From the human T2T-CHM13v2.0 reference genome, Homo sapiens, in the NCBI RefSeq assembly GCF_009914755.1, contig NC_060947.1: DNA of 64,000 nt, one strand, 5' to 3'. The notes beneath the pieces were generated by a model. That model had not been told where the DNA came from and made no database searches. It saw only the letters and a program-made list of their open reading frames with translations. Position 1 is the first letter of the stretch, and each line of letters opens with the position of its first letter. Positions 29,811 through 42,812 of this stretch are shown piece after piece. A program made the translations under genes and the position numbers.

Positions 29811-32800
29811 AACTTTAATACCTATTTTGGCCTCATCTATCATAAGCAGCAATAATAATAATAATAGACAACTTGCTTATTACATTTTAAAGCATACGTT
29901 AAAATAAATATGACTATTAAAATTAAAAATGTCTTTGTGTCACCTCAGATTGTCTCTCATATAGAGGAACATGAGGCACATCTTGAGAAAAATCATTGTA
30001 GGGATTACCCTTGGCCAGCCGGTGTCCAGGCTGTCCTGCTGCTGGCAGGCTCTGGTATCTGAGAATCTTAGATGGTATGCACCCCCGCTCTCATCCAGCT
30101 ATCCAGCTCCCTCAGCCCAATCTGGTCCATTTTTCTGTCCATTTATTGCCTAAGCCTTTGCTGATGTCTACAATGGCCTAGGCCCTGTGCTGGGTGCTGG
30201 GGTCACAGAGGGGATCAAGACAGTTCTTGCCGTGAAGGAGTTCTTGGCCTCGTGAGGAAGACATATATGGAGGCAAACACATTATAGTCCACAGCAGCAA
30301 GGTGATACAATTCTAGTATGTACAGAGTGCTGTGGGCAGAAAAAGAGGGCATAAGAGGCTTCACAGAGTAGGTGGTTTATTGAAGGGCAAAGGAGGGAAG
30401 AATGTTCCAGGCAGCAGGAACAGAGCAGGATGTATAAAGCCAACTGCAAAGTTTTTGAGGTCAGGATACAGGATGAAGTTCAGGGAGGGGAGCAATGCAG
30501 CTGGAGAGGTGGCCAGAGGCCATATCAAGGCCAGGGCCTTATCTGAGAGGCCATGGGGAGCCTCTGAGAGATTGTCAGGGAGCAGGGGATCTTGTGGGAT
30601 CCAGGGCTAGAGCAAGATTTCCAGCTGCTGCCCCATCATGGCCAGGTTCAAGGACCTCATTTTCTACCTGGGAACAATTGCAGTACCAAGGGTTCCTATG
30701 AAGCCTTGGGCATGTGATGATATGGATGGCTGGTTTAATTTTTAGCTCTTAATTGTCAACTGCATTGCTTGCCTTGGAATGTCGATCCCTCCTGTCATCA
30801 GAGAGCCTTTAATTGACAATTAAGTAAAACTGCCAATCACCACTTGTCTGCCTCTGACCTGAATTAGAACCTGAGGTTGTGGATTAATCCCACCAGGCTT
30901 CTGACATTTACAGGACACCAGCACTTAGAGGATATTACCCTGATGGTTAGGGTGCTCTCGTCTTAGTTCTCAAGGCACTACTGCAGTCTCAAACAGAACC
31001 GAAGCAATTTCTAAAATAGCCTATGATTCATTTTTTCTCCCCTCCTGTGCCTAAATCTGCTGGCTTCATGTGGAAGGATGGGCGCAAGTAACTGTAGAGG
31101 TGACATCACAGGAGTGGGCTGCTTGCCTGCCAGCCAGCTTGTGGAGCTGGGCCCCGGCAGTTGTCTATCTGCTGGGCTGGGCAATGCCTCCCAGCCGTTT
31201 TGGAGACAGAGCTCCGAGGTTCTTTGGTCGATGTGCCTTCTCCACATTTCTTTTTCTCAGACAAAAATTCTGGGCTGGGAAATCCAGGATAATGGGAATA
31301 GCAGTGGTAGGAGGAATAATACAGCCTTACATCTGTATAATGCTTTAGAGTTTGAAAGCTATTTGCTCTATTTTGCCCCACCCAAACACCAGTGGGAAAT
31401 GGAAGCTGGGATTTTTGACTTGAACTGGAGACCAACTCTCGCTCTCTTGCACAAAAAAACCTAAATGCTAATATCCCCTATTCACCTCAAGGCATATCAT
31501 GATTAGGCCTTGGACGCCACCAGAAGGTCAGAGAGGCTCCCTTCAGCTTCTAGGTGCTTCCTGGAAGATAAATTCTCCAGGACAAATTGCCTGGCAGGCA
31601 CAATCTATTAACTATGCCATCCTGACTGAGCCAACAAGTAATGCCAGTCTCAGCACTGCCAACTCCTTCTGCACACCCTGGTTTACAGTCCCAATGGTCC
31701 CAAAGACCTTTACTGGAGCCAAAGAAACAGTCGCTAACTGTGGAGCCCTGAAGGTAGGGTGTGTCACAAACATCTAGAAGTGCCAACAGCTGCCAGAGAG
31801 CTCAAGGGCCTGTGAAAGGAAAACCCACAATTCAAGTCACATTAGCTATCACTGTGGATCCTGAAGTGAAGGGTCACTGAGCCCAGCCGTGAACAGCTGA
31901 AGAGTGGGGTAGAGGGATTCTTTTCTTGGAGGAGCCATAAAAATGGTTCTGTGGTGGTCTCATGATTGCTCTGTGATCATTCAGCATGTGAGCCCAGCAT
32001 GGCTTGGTGTCCCCAGTTCCTTATTGCCATAGTGAACATGAGAAGTCTCCTCTGGCCCAGCTCCCCTCCTGTGATCTTCCCCAGGATCATGGTCACCAGG
32101 CTGGAAGCCAAAAGAGTGGTATACTCTTGACTGGCCTTCCTGGTTTTAGATTAGATTTCAGTGTCACTAGTGTGCACGTATGTGTCAGGGGATGAGGGTG
32201 GGGGTTGGAAGCAGTGAGCCATAGATGCTCAGCAGTATTGTGAGAGCAGCAGGTGCTCCTGCTATTGTTGCTGCCATAGCTGCCACCACCACCACTATCA
32301 CCAAATGAATCCAGGATGACCTTGTGTAAGACCACAGTTGCTGGTCAGTGCCATGAAAATGTCATCTATGTAAACCAAGATGCTTGTACTTGGGTAGTTC
32401 TCTGTCAGAAATCTTGGCGGGGTATAAAAGTGACCCTTTTGAAAGTTGAATCTGTAAGTCTATATGTGGAAAGTGACTGTCAGAACAGAACATCACCACC
32501 TCCAAAGCAGACAGACCTCCCAGAACTTGTTTTCCAGCTCATGGCAGAAATGTGCACCTATGAAAGTAGATTAAGAATCACCACCTCAGCCTGTTTTAGA
32601 GATGTGAATAAAAATCTTGGCTTGGGACTGCCGTCTCTCTGGTTGACTGATTTTTCAATTGATTTGTATTTATTAGCTAATGAAATTAAAGTTGTAAAAA
32701 TGATAACAGAAACACAATAAATCTCTCCCACAACTGGCTGTTTCTATGTCACTATGGTGCATTCCTCACTTTGATTACTTCAAAGTCTATTATTTTGTTT

Positions 32801-34065
32801 TCAATTATTCTGTTTTTCTGGCACTGGAGAAAATCAATTTGTTTTATTTTCTCTTATTCATGCACTCAATTATGCTCTTCGGGCACATTTAATCACTTTG
32901 ATGTTTCCATTTTATGGCCCGTCTCTAGGCACTTCAGCTGCATTGCTGCCAATGGGCAAGCAGGACTAATTTGCATGTCACAATAGACTTGAAATTCTAA
33001 CTCAATTTAGAAATCTTTGTGAAATCTCCCTCCAAAATGTGCTTGGAGCTGCAAAGAGGCAGAAGAATGTTGGCAAACCAGGAGCCTGTAAAGATACTTT
33101 CCTTTCTCAAAAGACTGTGAGCTCCTTCATGACCCGACCATGGCTTGGGGAAGTCCCTGTCCAGGTACAGCAGAAAACCATGGGATGGGAGGTCTGCAGA
33201 CCCTCCTCTGGAACTCTGTGGTGAGAATCCTGCAGCAGCTGCCCCTCAGTGGCAAGGCCAAGGAGGCTAGGCCCACTTACCCTGGCAGAAAATGACCCTT
33301 AGCACTGCTGGATTTGGTGGCTGTGCTCAAGACAGCACCTGAATCTCAGTTGTCTAAAGAGCCTCCAGGTAGACTGACAAAGTTGTCAACAGTTAGGCAT
33401 TCCAAAACCCTGAGTGGTTTACCTTATTTTTCCTAATAATTTCCAACCTTCCTTCTACCCCTTGATCATTTTAGAACTAGAAGCTGGAGGGAAATGAGCA
33501 ATACAATCGCTTTGGGCATGTACTTCGGGCACACAAGAAAAAAATGCTTAATTAAACGTATTAGAGGCCTCCAACTACTCTTTGAATATTATTGGTTTGT
33601 TTATGCAACAATCAGCAGCTCTGCCAGGCAGAAGGAAAATTCCTTATTTCCTCTTCTAAGCTTTGAGTATGATCCTCAGCGTCTCAGTTGGAATCCTATC
33701 TTCCGCACTTACCTGCTGTGTGACTTTGTACAGGCTAATTAACTCCCCTAGGCCTCAGTTCCTACATCTATTAAATGGGGCTAATAATATTATATACATT
33801 AGAGACTGATCTGCTTCCTAAAGTTCTATACTGTCAAGAGTTTGGCCATATTCACATACCGCCTATGTGGACTTTTCTTATATAGACATAAAAAAACCCC
33901 AGCCTCATCCTAAGTAATATCTTTGAAACCAAAGAGTTTGATCTGATAATTATATTTCTTTTTAATACACATTGAAACATATATCTATATTGAACATACT
34001 AAATCCATTTCTCTTGGGGTCTTTGATATTGCTTGTCTCTTCATCTAGAATGTACTTCACTACCA

Positions 34066-34363
34066 TTTTTTTTTTTTAAGACAGGGTCTCACTCTATTGC
34101 CCAAGCTGGAGTGCAGTGGTGCAATCATGGCTCACGGCAGCCTTGACCTCCTGGGCTCAATTGATCCTCACATCTCAGCCTCCCAAGTAGTTGGGACTAC
34201 AGGTATATGTCATCACACCCAGCTCAGTTTTACATTTTTTTTGGTAGAGACAGGGTTTTGCCATGTTGCCCAGGCTGGTCTCCAACTCCTGGGCTCAAGT
34301 GATCTGCCTGTCTCGGCCTCTCAAAATGCTGGGATTACAGGCGTGAGCTACCATGCCCGGCCG
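34066..34363 (-). mobile_element. Alu (AluJ-like)
   Basis: Reverse Alu dimer. Confidence 0.93.
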
Positions 34364-34564
34364 AACTCAAATTTTGTAAATCTCCTTCCCTCATTTCATT
34401 AATCTCTGTTCCCAAATGTCACCTCCTCCGAGAGGTCTTTACTGAATAGCATCCCTCAGAATTTATCAGTAAACAACATTAAATTTTTATTTAGTTGTTT
34501 ATTGTCTATCTTCCACACTAGAATGTAATCTCCATGATGGGCAAGGACTTTATTTGACCTATTT

Positions 34565-34695
34565 CCTTTATTATTTTAAGAGACAGGGTCTCACTATGTT
34601 GTCCAGGCTGGTCTCAAACTCCTGGGCTCAAGCGATCCTCCTTCCTCAGCTTCCTAAGTATTTGGAACTATCAGCCCACATCACTGTGCCTGGCT
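34565..34695 (-). mobile_element. FLAM / Alu monomer
   Basis: Reverse monomer. Confidence 0.8.
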
Positions 34696-34774
34696 TATCT
34701 ATTCTATTTAATTATGTATTGCCAGTGCCCAGAATAGTGCCTGGCACATATTAACACTAAATGGTTACTGTTAG

Positions 34775-35095
34775 GCTTCCCTTCCATTCCACCAGGGTGG
34801 TGTCAAAGAAGGCAGAGTAGAAAGTCAGGACTTTCCATCTTTGCTTAATGGCAAGGAGGCCCACCCACTGCTATGTCAGTAGAGGCCAAATGCGGAGCAA
34901 TAAAAAGGTGCCGCTCCCATTTTTGGCCAGAGTGGTATCAGTGGAGGTCTATTGGAGAGCCTGAATTCTACTCCACCCAGCAATACTGAGGTGCCCTTCT
35001 TCTCCCCAGGGTGTCAATGGTGGCTGAGTAGGGAACCTAGACTTTTACTCCCCACCTGGAGGTAATAGGGTAGTGCCCTCTGCCCCTGCCAGCAT
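34775..35095. mobile_element. Degenerate tandem units, probably an old L1 (L1MD-type) 5' UTR fragment
   Basis: Recurring cagggtggtgtcag..gaggc..agt...gact..cacc units. Confidence 0.45.
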
Positions 35096-36577
35096 GTATT
35101 ACTTTTTTTTTTCCTGACTACACGTTCATGGTAGAAATTTTGAAAAATACAGAAACAGCATAAAAAAATAAAAATCATCTATAATTCTAATTCTAGATAA
35201 CTACTGTTAAGGTATATTACTTTGGTAAAGTATCATCAAAGATGACTACTGTTAGCACTTAATTCTTGTGTTTTTCTGTGCATATCCCCTCTCCCAAAAC
35301 ACACACTAAATATAGTTACAAAATTGAGACTATATGGTAGTAAGCCACTTTGTATCCTGTTCATATTCACTTAACATTGTAATCATGAGCATATTCTCAT
35401 GTCATCAAATTATCTTTTAAAATTTGCTTTTTAACTGGCTGCAACAAATTTTTTCATGTAGATACACTGTATGGAATTCATAAGACACTTCAAATTCAGT
35501 ACATCAAAAGAGAACACATCAAGTATATGTTTCAGTAAAGCTATGTTCCCTCCCCCAAGAGCTTCCCATTTCAGTCGGTATCCAGGCTGGAAATCTCAGA
35601 GTCACCTTTATTTCTTCCTTTCTCCCTGATCCTCTATAAATGGCCTACCTCCCAGTGCTGGTGATGATACTCTCTTCATAACAGCTCTCAGTCATTTCTT
35701 CTATTTTACCACCACTATTCTAGTCCAGGACCTTGCAGTCTCAGTCTTGCACTACCATCACCATCCATCCCAAATATCACTGTATCATGTGGTGCTCTAA
35801 TTTCAGAACCTAGAATGACTTCCACTTTACTGTGGATATGAACTAGTCAGCCTGAAATTCAAGGGAGCCTGCAATCGGCCCCCCATCCCCACCCTTCTGA
35901 ATTTCCCTCACTTACAAGTGCATCCCTACTCTGATCTATTCAAATCCTCCCTAACCTAGATTTCTCAACTATTTATCAGGAGGAGGGATCATGTCTTAAA
36001 CACCTCGTATATCTCCCAATGGCACCAACATGAGGGGGGTGGGGTTCAAAAATATATGTGTTGATTGCTTGAGCTGGGCTTTAAAGTGGAGACACAATCA
36101 TATCTCTTAAAATTAAACTGCTTCTGAAGCTCACTTTGGGAACCTGAGCAGGGGGAGAGGGTTTACTAGGGGAAAGGTTTACTAGCGACTAGAAAAAAGC
36201 AGAGGAGATGGATGTTGAGTAGGTGTCACAGGGCAATGCTGCCACGGAGAAGAGGGCCACCAGGTCTGGGTTCAAATCTTGAGTTTACCACTTACTTCTT
36301 GCGTGATTAGGGCATGTTACACAATGTCTTCGGGTGCCAGTCTCCTACCTCATAAGGAAATTGTGAGGTTAAAAGAGATCATGTATGTGAAGTACCCAGC
36401 ACAGGGTGTTGTGCTGTACCCTGTCAATATCAGTAGTTCCCACTTCACAGATTTAGGTAGAAATTCCAAGTCTTCATGAGTAATATGCCAAGGGTTTTCA
36501 TGGTTTCTTAAAAGTTGCTGTCTAAGTTACTGTAACTTTGGGGAGCAGTCTCCATTTTTATTTTAGGATTAAAAAAA

Positions 36578-36874
36578 ATTTTTTTTTGTAGATAGGGTCT
36601 GGCTCTGTCACCTAGGCTGGAGTGCAGTGGCACAGTCACAGCTCACTGCAGCCTCAACCTCCCTGGGGTTAAGCAATCCTCCCACCTCAGCTTCCAATGT
36701 AGCTGGTACTACAGGTATATACAACCACATCCGGCTAATTTTTGTATTTTTTTTGTAGAGATGGGGTTTCACCATGTTGTCCAGGCTGGTCTTGAACTCC
36801 TCGGCTCAAGCAATCCACCTGCCTCAGTCTCCCAAAGTGCTGGATTACAAGCTCGAGCCATGGCGCCCGGCCCA
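36578..36874 (-). mobile_element. Alu (AluJ-like)
   Basis: Reverse Alu dimer. Confidence 0.93.
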
Positions 36875-39774
36875 GAATTTTTAAAATTTTCAGCATGACA
36901 TTTTTGTAACTTATTTTTCTGTTTAACAACAGCAATAACAACGATGACAAGAAGCCTTTCCATCTCTTATACTCTTTAGTGAAACAAGAAAGAGAGGAAC
37001 TTGCTTGATGAAGAAGCCCAAGCTGGCAGTAGGCTCCTGGAAAGGACCACAGGGAGATGAAGAGGAATAAAGAGCCAGCAGGGGACAGGAAAGAGAGATA
37101 AAGGATGGACATCACAGAGATTTTCACCTGAAGTCATGCAAATTGGCTCAGGTATCCTCCAAAACCCTACTCTGAAGTCCTTCCAAGAAGCCCTAAAGCA
37201 AATGGTCAGTTTATCCTTGGGACCAACCCTACCTTTCAACTTATCCTCATGGCTTCTCAAGAAGAAAGAGACAGTGTGGAAGGAAGCCAAGTTTCCATGG
37301 TATAGAGTCCCACCATGCAGGAGCACTGCTTCAAGCCTGGGGCTCCAGCAGGCCTTGAATATGCGCAAACCTGAGCTCCAATTGCTAGCCCCTAGAAGGA
37401 TGCCAATCCCGGATGTCAGGCTGCCAGAGGAAGTGCTGCTTATACGCAGCACAATGGTTCTCCTAAGAATATTACCAGTAGATGTGCAAAGGGTCTCAGA
37501 TTGGGGCTGTGGAACTGCAAATGGCAGACTGGGTCTGGTGGCTACAGCACATTTCAGGCAGCAGGAGCTGGGTGAGCTGGCTTCTCCTACCTTCTGTCCA
37601 TTTCTTTTCCTTCTCTACTAGGGAAAGGGAGCTAGAAGCTTCAGATTACACTATGGTGGGGGAGGGGGCGGGGCCTAGGGAGGGCTACAAAGCCTATGTC
37701 AGGGGCCAGAATTTCAAAGGTTGCCCAAGGCTGTCTTCTTCCCATTTCCAGGGAGTTTAGTGTTTAGGATTAGCCACATGGAAGAAGCTGGGCATGTAGT
37801 GTGAGGTAGGAGGGTTTACTAGGGGCGATCGGAAAGAGCAGACGGGATGATGAGCAGATTTGACAGAGCAATGCTGCCAAGGAGAGGAGGGAAATAAAGG
37901 TCAAACAGCCTGACTCTGAAGCTCCACTCCAGGCCTGTGTTCCAATGTCCACTCCACTGCTTATTAGCACAGTGTGTGGCACACAGTAGGTCCTCAGTAA
38001 TTACCACCTGCTGAATGAATAAAGGCGATCTTGGCCAAGTCACCTATCCTCCCTGAGCCTCAGTTTCCTTATCTGTAAGATAAATAGTAGCTATTCTTCT
38101 TATTATTTCATCTGTGTTGTTTCTGTCCACACCCGTATCAGTTTGTTAGGTTGCCATCCTAAGGCTCCTTCAGTAAGGGGAAGAAAGGGCAGATGCATGC
38201 AAGGCCTTTTTCTTCCCTTGTGTCTTCTGCCTCCCCCTTCCCTCCTCCTCCTCCTTACTTCCTGACCTTGTTTGTTTCTTTTTCTCTCCCAGTCAAACCT
38301 GGGGAATAGTTCTGGGAACACAGAGCAAGTGTTGAAACCTCCAGTTACAACTGTAACACATTCTCACAAATGCACAACTCCCCCACTCCTGCTCCCCAAG
38401 AGGATTGGGCCTGGGCTGCAATGTGGAGCTCTGAGTCTCCTAGGGACCTCCACTTGATTCGAATGTCATCAGTACCAGAGACCAGAAAGCCTCCTACCTC
38501 TATCTGCATTTCCCCATGCAGAGCTAGCCAGGCTTGAGGAGCTAGCCCTCCCTGGGGATTAATCATATCAGCATTATTCCAACTCTGGAAGGTTCACCGT
38601 GAGCCAGTTCCTCTGGAGTACATTCACCAGAGGAAAGGCAACCAGCTTTAAGCAAATGAACATGGTGCAAGGATGATTTTACAATAGTAGTCATGAGCTG
38701 GACTAAGCCATCTGCTCTCTAACCTGTACTTTCTTATGAACAACGACACATGCCTTCAAGACAGCTCATTGGCACGAGAGGAGCTTTTCTCTGTGTGAAG
38801 CTAAGAGCTTGAATGGACTCTCCATGGTTTTGTGGGTCTTTTTCCTCTCAGAAAGACTAATGGGCAGTAAAGATGGGATAAGTTGAGGTCTAAATTTGCC
38901 TGTCCCTTCAGTCATCCTGTAGCATGCGGAACACATCTCTGTAAGATGAATCTTCTCAGGTTTGGTTTCCAATAGGCTACAGTCTCATCTTTTGTGCCTC
39001 TAAGGGATGTGGCAAGAAAGAGAAAAAGCCCAAGCTTAAAGGCTGAACAAATTCAACCAGATATGCTGGCTGAACTCCCACACATAGAGTGGAGCTGAAT
39101 CCATTCATTCCCTCATTGCCATCTTACCTCTCCAAAGCAATCTGTGTCACATCCTACTCTTTGTTTTTCATGGGGTGAGGGGAGGTGGAGGGGAGGTACA
39201 GAGAGAAATGACCAGCTTCACTGAGGTTTTTATAAGCAAGAACAAATAACAGTCTTGTAGACAGGTTCAGGAAAATTTTTCAGAATTCAGAAAATTCAGC
39301 AGCCTTTCCACGCTGACCATTGTCATGGCAACGCACTATCTGATGGCAGCATGCGTCACCATGCTGAAGGGGCACAGTATCAGTATAGCAGGTTAGCCTG
39401 GCCATTTTTAGCAACATTTGGACTTCTTTCTAGCCTTGTTTCTTAAAGGTTTAGCTGAATTTCTCTTTGGTTCTGAGCTTGTGTGTTCCGCTAAATTTGC
39501 ATGGCTAGAAAACAAGACTTTGTCAATATGAAAGGGATGGCTAAATGGAAAGTCTGAACATTCCTAGTATTCTGTAGCCACTCCACTTGCTGTCTACCCT
39601 CTCTGGCTCCTCCTCACCCACTCTTAGCCATGTAGTTTCTCTTCTTCTCTGCCTCAATTCTTTCCTATACACGGCATCACCTCCCCACACCCAACAACTG
39701 TGACTCATCTGCCAACCCCTGCACTCTCACCATATTCTTTCTTTTTCTATTTTCTCATTGTAATATACAGCATC

Positions 39775-40500
39775 CTAGAATCTTAGGGTTGGAAGGAGCC
39801 TTAACAGCAATTTAGTCCAATCACCCTCCCCCAAGGAAGGGGCCCTTCTACAATATGACAGCCTAGGGATTGTCTAGCTTCTATTTGTATATCTCCAGTG
39901 ACAGAGACCTCATGCCTTTCTAGGCAGTCTGTTCCACTTTGGATAGTTCTAATTGTTAGAAAATGTCTTCCTTCTATTGAATGAAAATCTGCCTTTTTAA
40001 AATATCCATCCATGGGTCCAGCTCTATGCCTTGTGGCCACATAGACCCTGTCTATGCCCTTTGCACTGTGACAGATATATGAAGTAGAGACCACATCCCC
40101 GAGGTCTTCTCCAAAAGGTTCCAGCACCTCCAACCAGACCTTTTGGAGCCTGGGCTCCAGTCCTCTCCCCAGCCTGACTGACCTCCAGGAACATGCTCCT
40201 ATTTGTCTAGAGCCCTTTAAAATGAGGTCGATACTGCATTAGCATCTCTGGAGGCCACCTTGCCCTGGTGACTCATACTGAGCTCCGAGTTGACTCAAAT
40301 CCCTAATTCTCTTTTAGCAAAATGCTGCTAAGCCATGTTGCCCCAGTTTGCATGCATGTAGTTGCTTTTGTAGGACCCAATTTCTGGTCCATATGTTTTC
40401 CTCCAGTTTGATTTCATTGGGTTACAATCAGAATATTGCTTTAACCTGTTAGGATCTTTAAAAAGCTTGACTTCCATGTAATTTTCATGTCCTTTGAGAT
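39775..40500 (-). mobile_element. L3/CR1 LINE fragment
   Basis: agaatcttagggttggaaggagcctt...ggcagtctgttccactttggatagttctaattgttagaaa, typical of the L3 3' end. Confidence 0.65.
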
Positions 40501-41618
40501 CTGTTATTTTTTTCACCAACCCTCGTCCTAGCCTTTTATCTCAAATCTCTTTTTGATTTTCTGCTCTTTTAGGGTTCTTACCTTTCCTCGTTCTCTTCCC
40601 TTTGCATTACCTTCCTTATGTCTTCTCTCACTTGTCATTTCCATTTCCTCAATAGCAAGATGCCACCACTCTCTGGAGCTATGTCCCTGGGTATGTGTGC
40701 AGGGAAGCAAGGGCATACACATATCTGCACATATGGAGGTGTGAGCGAGTAGCTGCAAGGCTTGCTTGGTTTCCCTGTTTCTATTGCTTTGTCTGTGCTC
40801 TACCAGGATTTAGAGCCTGGATGGGGGAAAATGGCAGAGTTGAAGGAAGAAGGGTAAGAGAAGCCGGTCCAGGATCAGTTCTGAGGAACACAGGACATGC
40901 GTACCAGGTTTGAGGGGAGCAGGGAAAACGGGCTGGATGGCTAGTGTTCATCAAGGCTGCAACACCATGAGAAGAACTGGAGAAGGGCCAGGAGTGGAAG
41001 GATTTTGAAGGCCTTAAAAGTTGGATAAGGGAGGAGGATTTTGTTAGGAAGCAAGGACTTGTGGGGTCAGTAGCCACTGAGAGGTGAGAGGGAGTTAGCT
41101 TGAAACTATAGGGTCGCGAGAAGGCTGAGGGCTAAGGGACGCCTCAGAGGGGACAATCAGCAATGCTGTGAGAATAACCTTGAGAGTCTATGACTTCTTA
41201 GCTTAAAAACTTTTCTCTGGCTAAATGAGCTCAGGACATGAAGACTTTGCTGCTGTCATTTACTGGGCTCTGCTAGTGGATAGGGGCATTAATGTAACTC
41301 ACAGCAAAGACTCTCCGAGTGTAGTGTTTCCTCAGACTAACTCCAGCATAGAACAGGCCTCCTTTTTGTGTTGGATTATATTCCAGCGAGGGACTCAAAG
41401 GTAGGAGAACTGGTGCTATCTTGGTCATTTTATGAATAAACATGAGAATTTCCCTGTCCAGGTTAGGCAAAAAGATACCCTTGGCCTCTTAACTCTGGCA
41501 AATAATTAGGATCTAAAAAATACACATATGTATATGTACATTTAATTAAACAGGAAAATGGGTGCCAAAAATACGTAATGCGAATGGTGGATAAAGTGAG
41601 TTGTGAAGAAGCAGCTGG

Positions 41619-41637
41619 AGTTCAGAGGGGGCGCTAC
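41619..41637 (+). promoter_or_regulatory. CTCF-like motif
   Basis: agttcagagggggcgctac resembles the CCACCAGGGGGCGC core, with a strong 3' half and an imperfect 5' half. Confidence 0.45.
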
Positions 41638-41764
41638 TAGAATGCTGAGGACAGTGACCCCAAACAGCCAGTGGACAGTGGGATCAGGAGGGAAATGCCC
41701 TGATGGCTGCCACTTCCCCTCTACCCCGAGGCCAGAATGATTCCAGGCCAGCCTTGGGGAAGGG

Positions 41765-41815
41765 AAGGAGGCTAGGCCGGGAAGGAGGCTAGGCCAGCAA
41801 GGAGGCTAGGCCAGC
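41765..41815. repeat. 17-bp minisatellite x3
   Basis: aaggaggctaggcc(ggg/agc) occurs three times. Confidence 0.9.
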
Positions 41816-41984
41816 AGCCCATCTGCAGCACTCTGGCTGAGTCCAGGTAACCCACTCCCAGGGCATCAGAATCCCTGACTACTCATTGTAGTTCCACATT
41901 CTTTCAAGGCTCTACTGGATCAAGGACTCATACATACTGGAAGAGAATGCCTGTGAGCCCCCTCCCCACCCCTGCTAAGTCTGA

Positions 41985-42329
<345 letters not shown>

Positions 42330-42482
42330 TGAAAGAAAAAGGGTCTCAGGGAACACTTTAGAGCTGATTTTCCCCTGGCAGTGCCAAAAGCTGAACCCTT
42401 TGTCCTTCTGAGGTGACATTAGCCAGCCAAATGACAATCCCAACCAGAGTGGCCAGTGTAGAATTCCAGCTACAAGCTGTCA

Positions 42483-42812
<330 letters not shown>

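Noticed and set aside
37136-37621. 161-aa plus-strand ORF overlapping a 158-aa minus-strand ORF
   Set aside because: No recognisable domain, splice structure or promoter; compatible with chance in GC-balanced intronic DNA.
41765-41815. Short direct repeats as CRISPR-like or prokaryotic system
   Set aside because: There are no spacers and the context is mammalian intron; this is an ordinary minisatellite. No prokaryotic-type system is present in the window.
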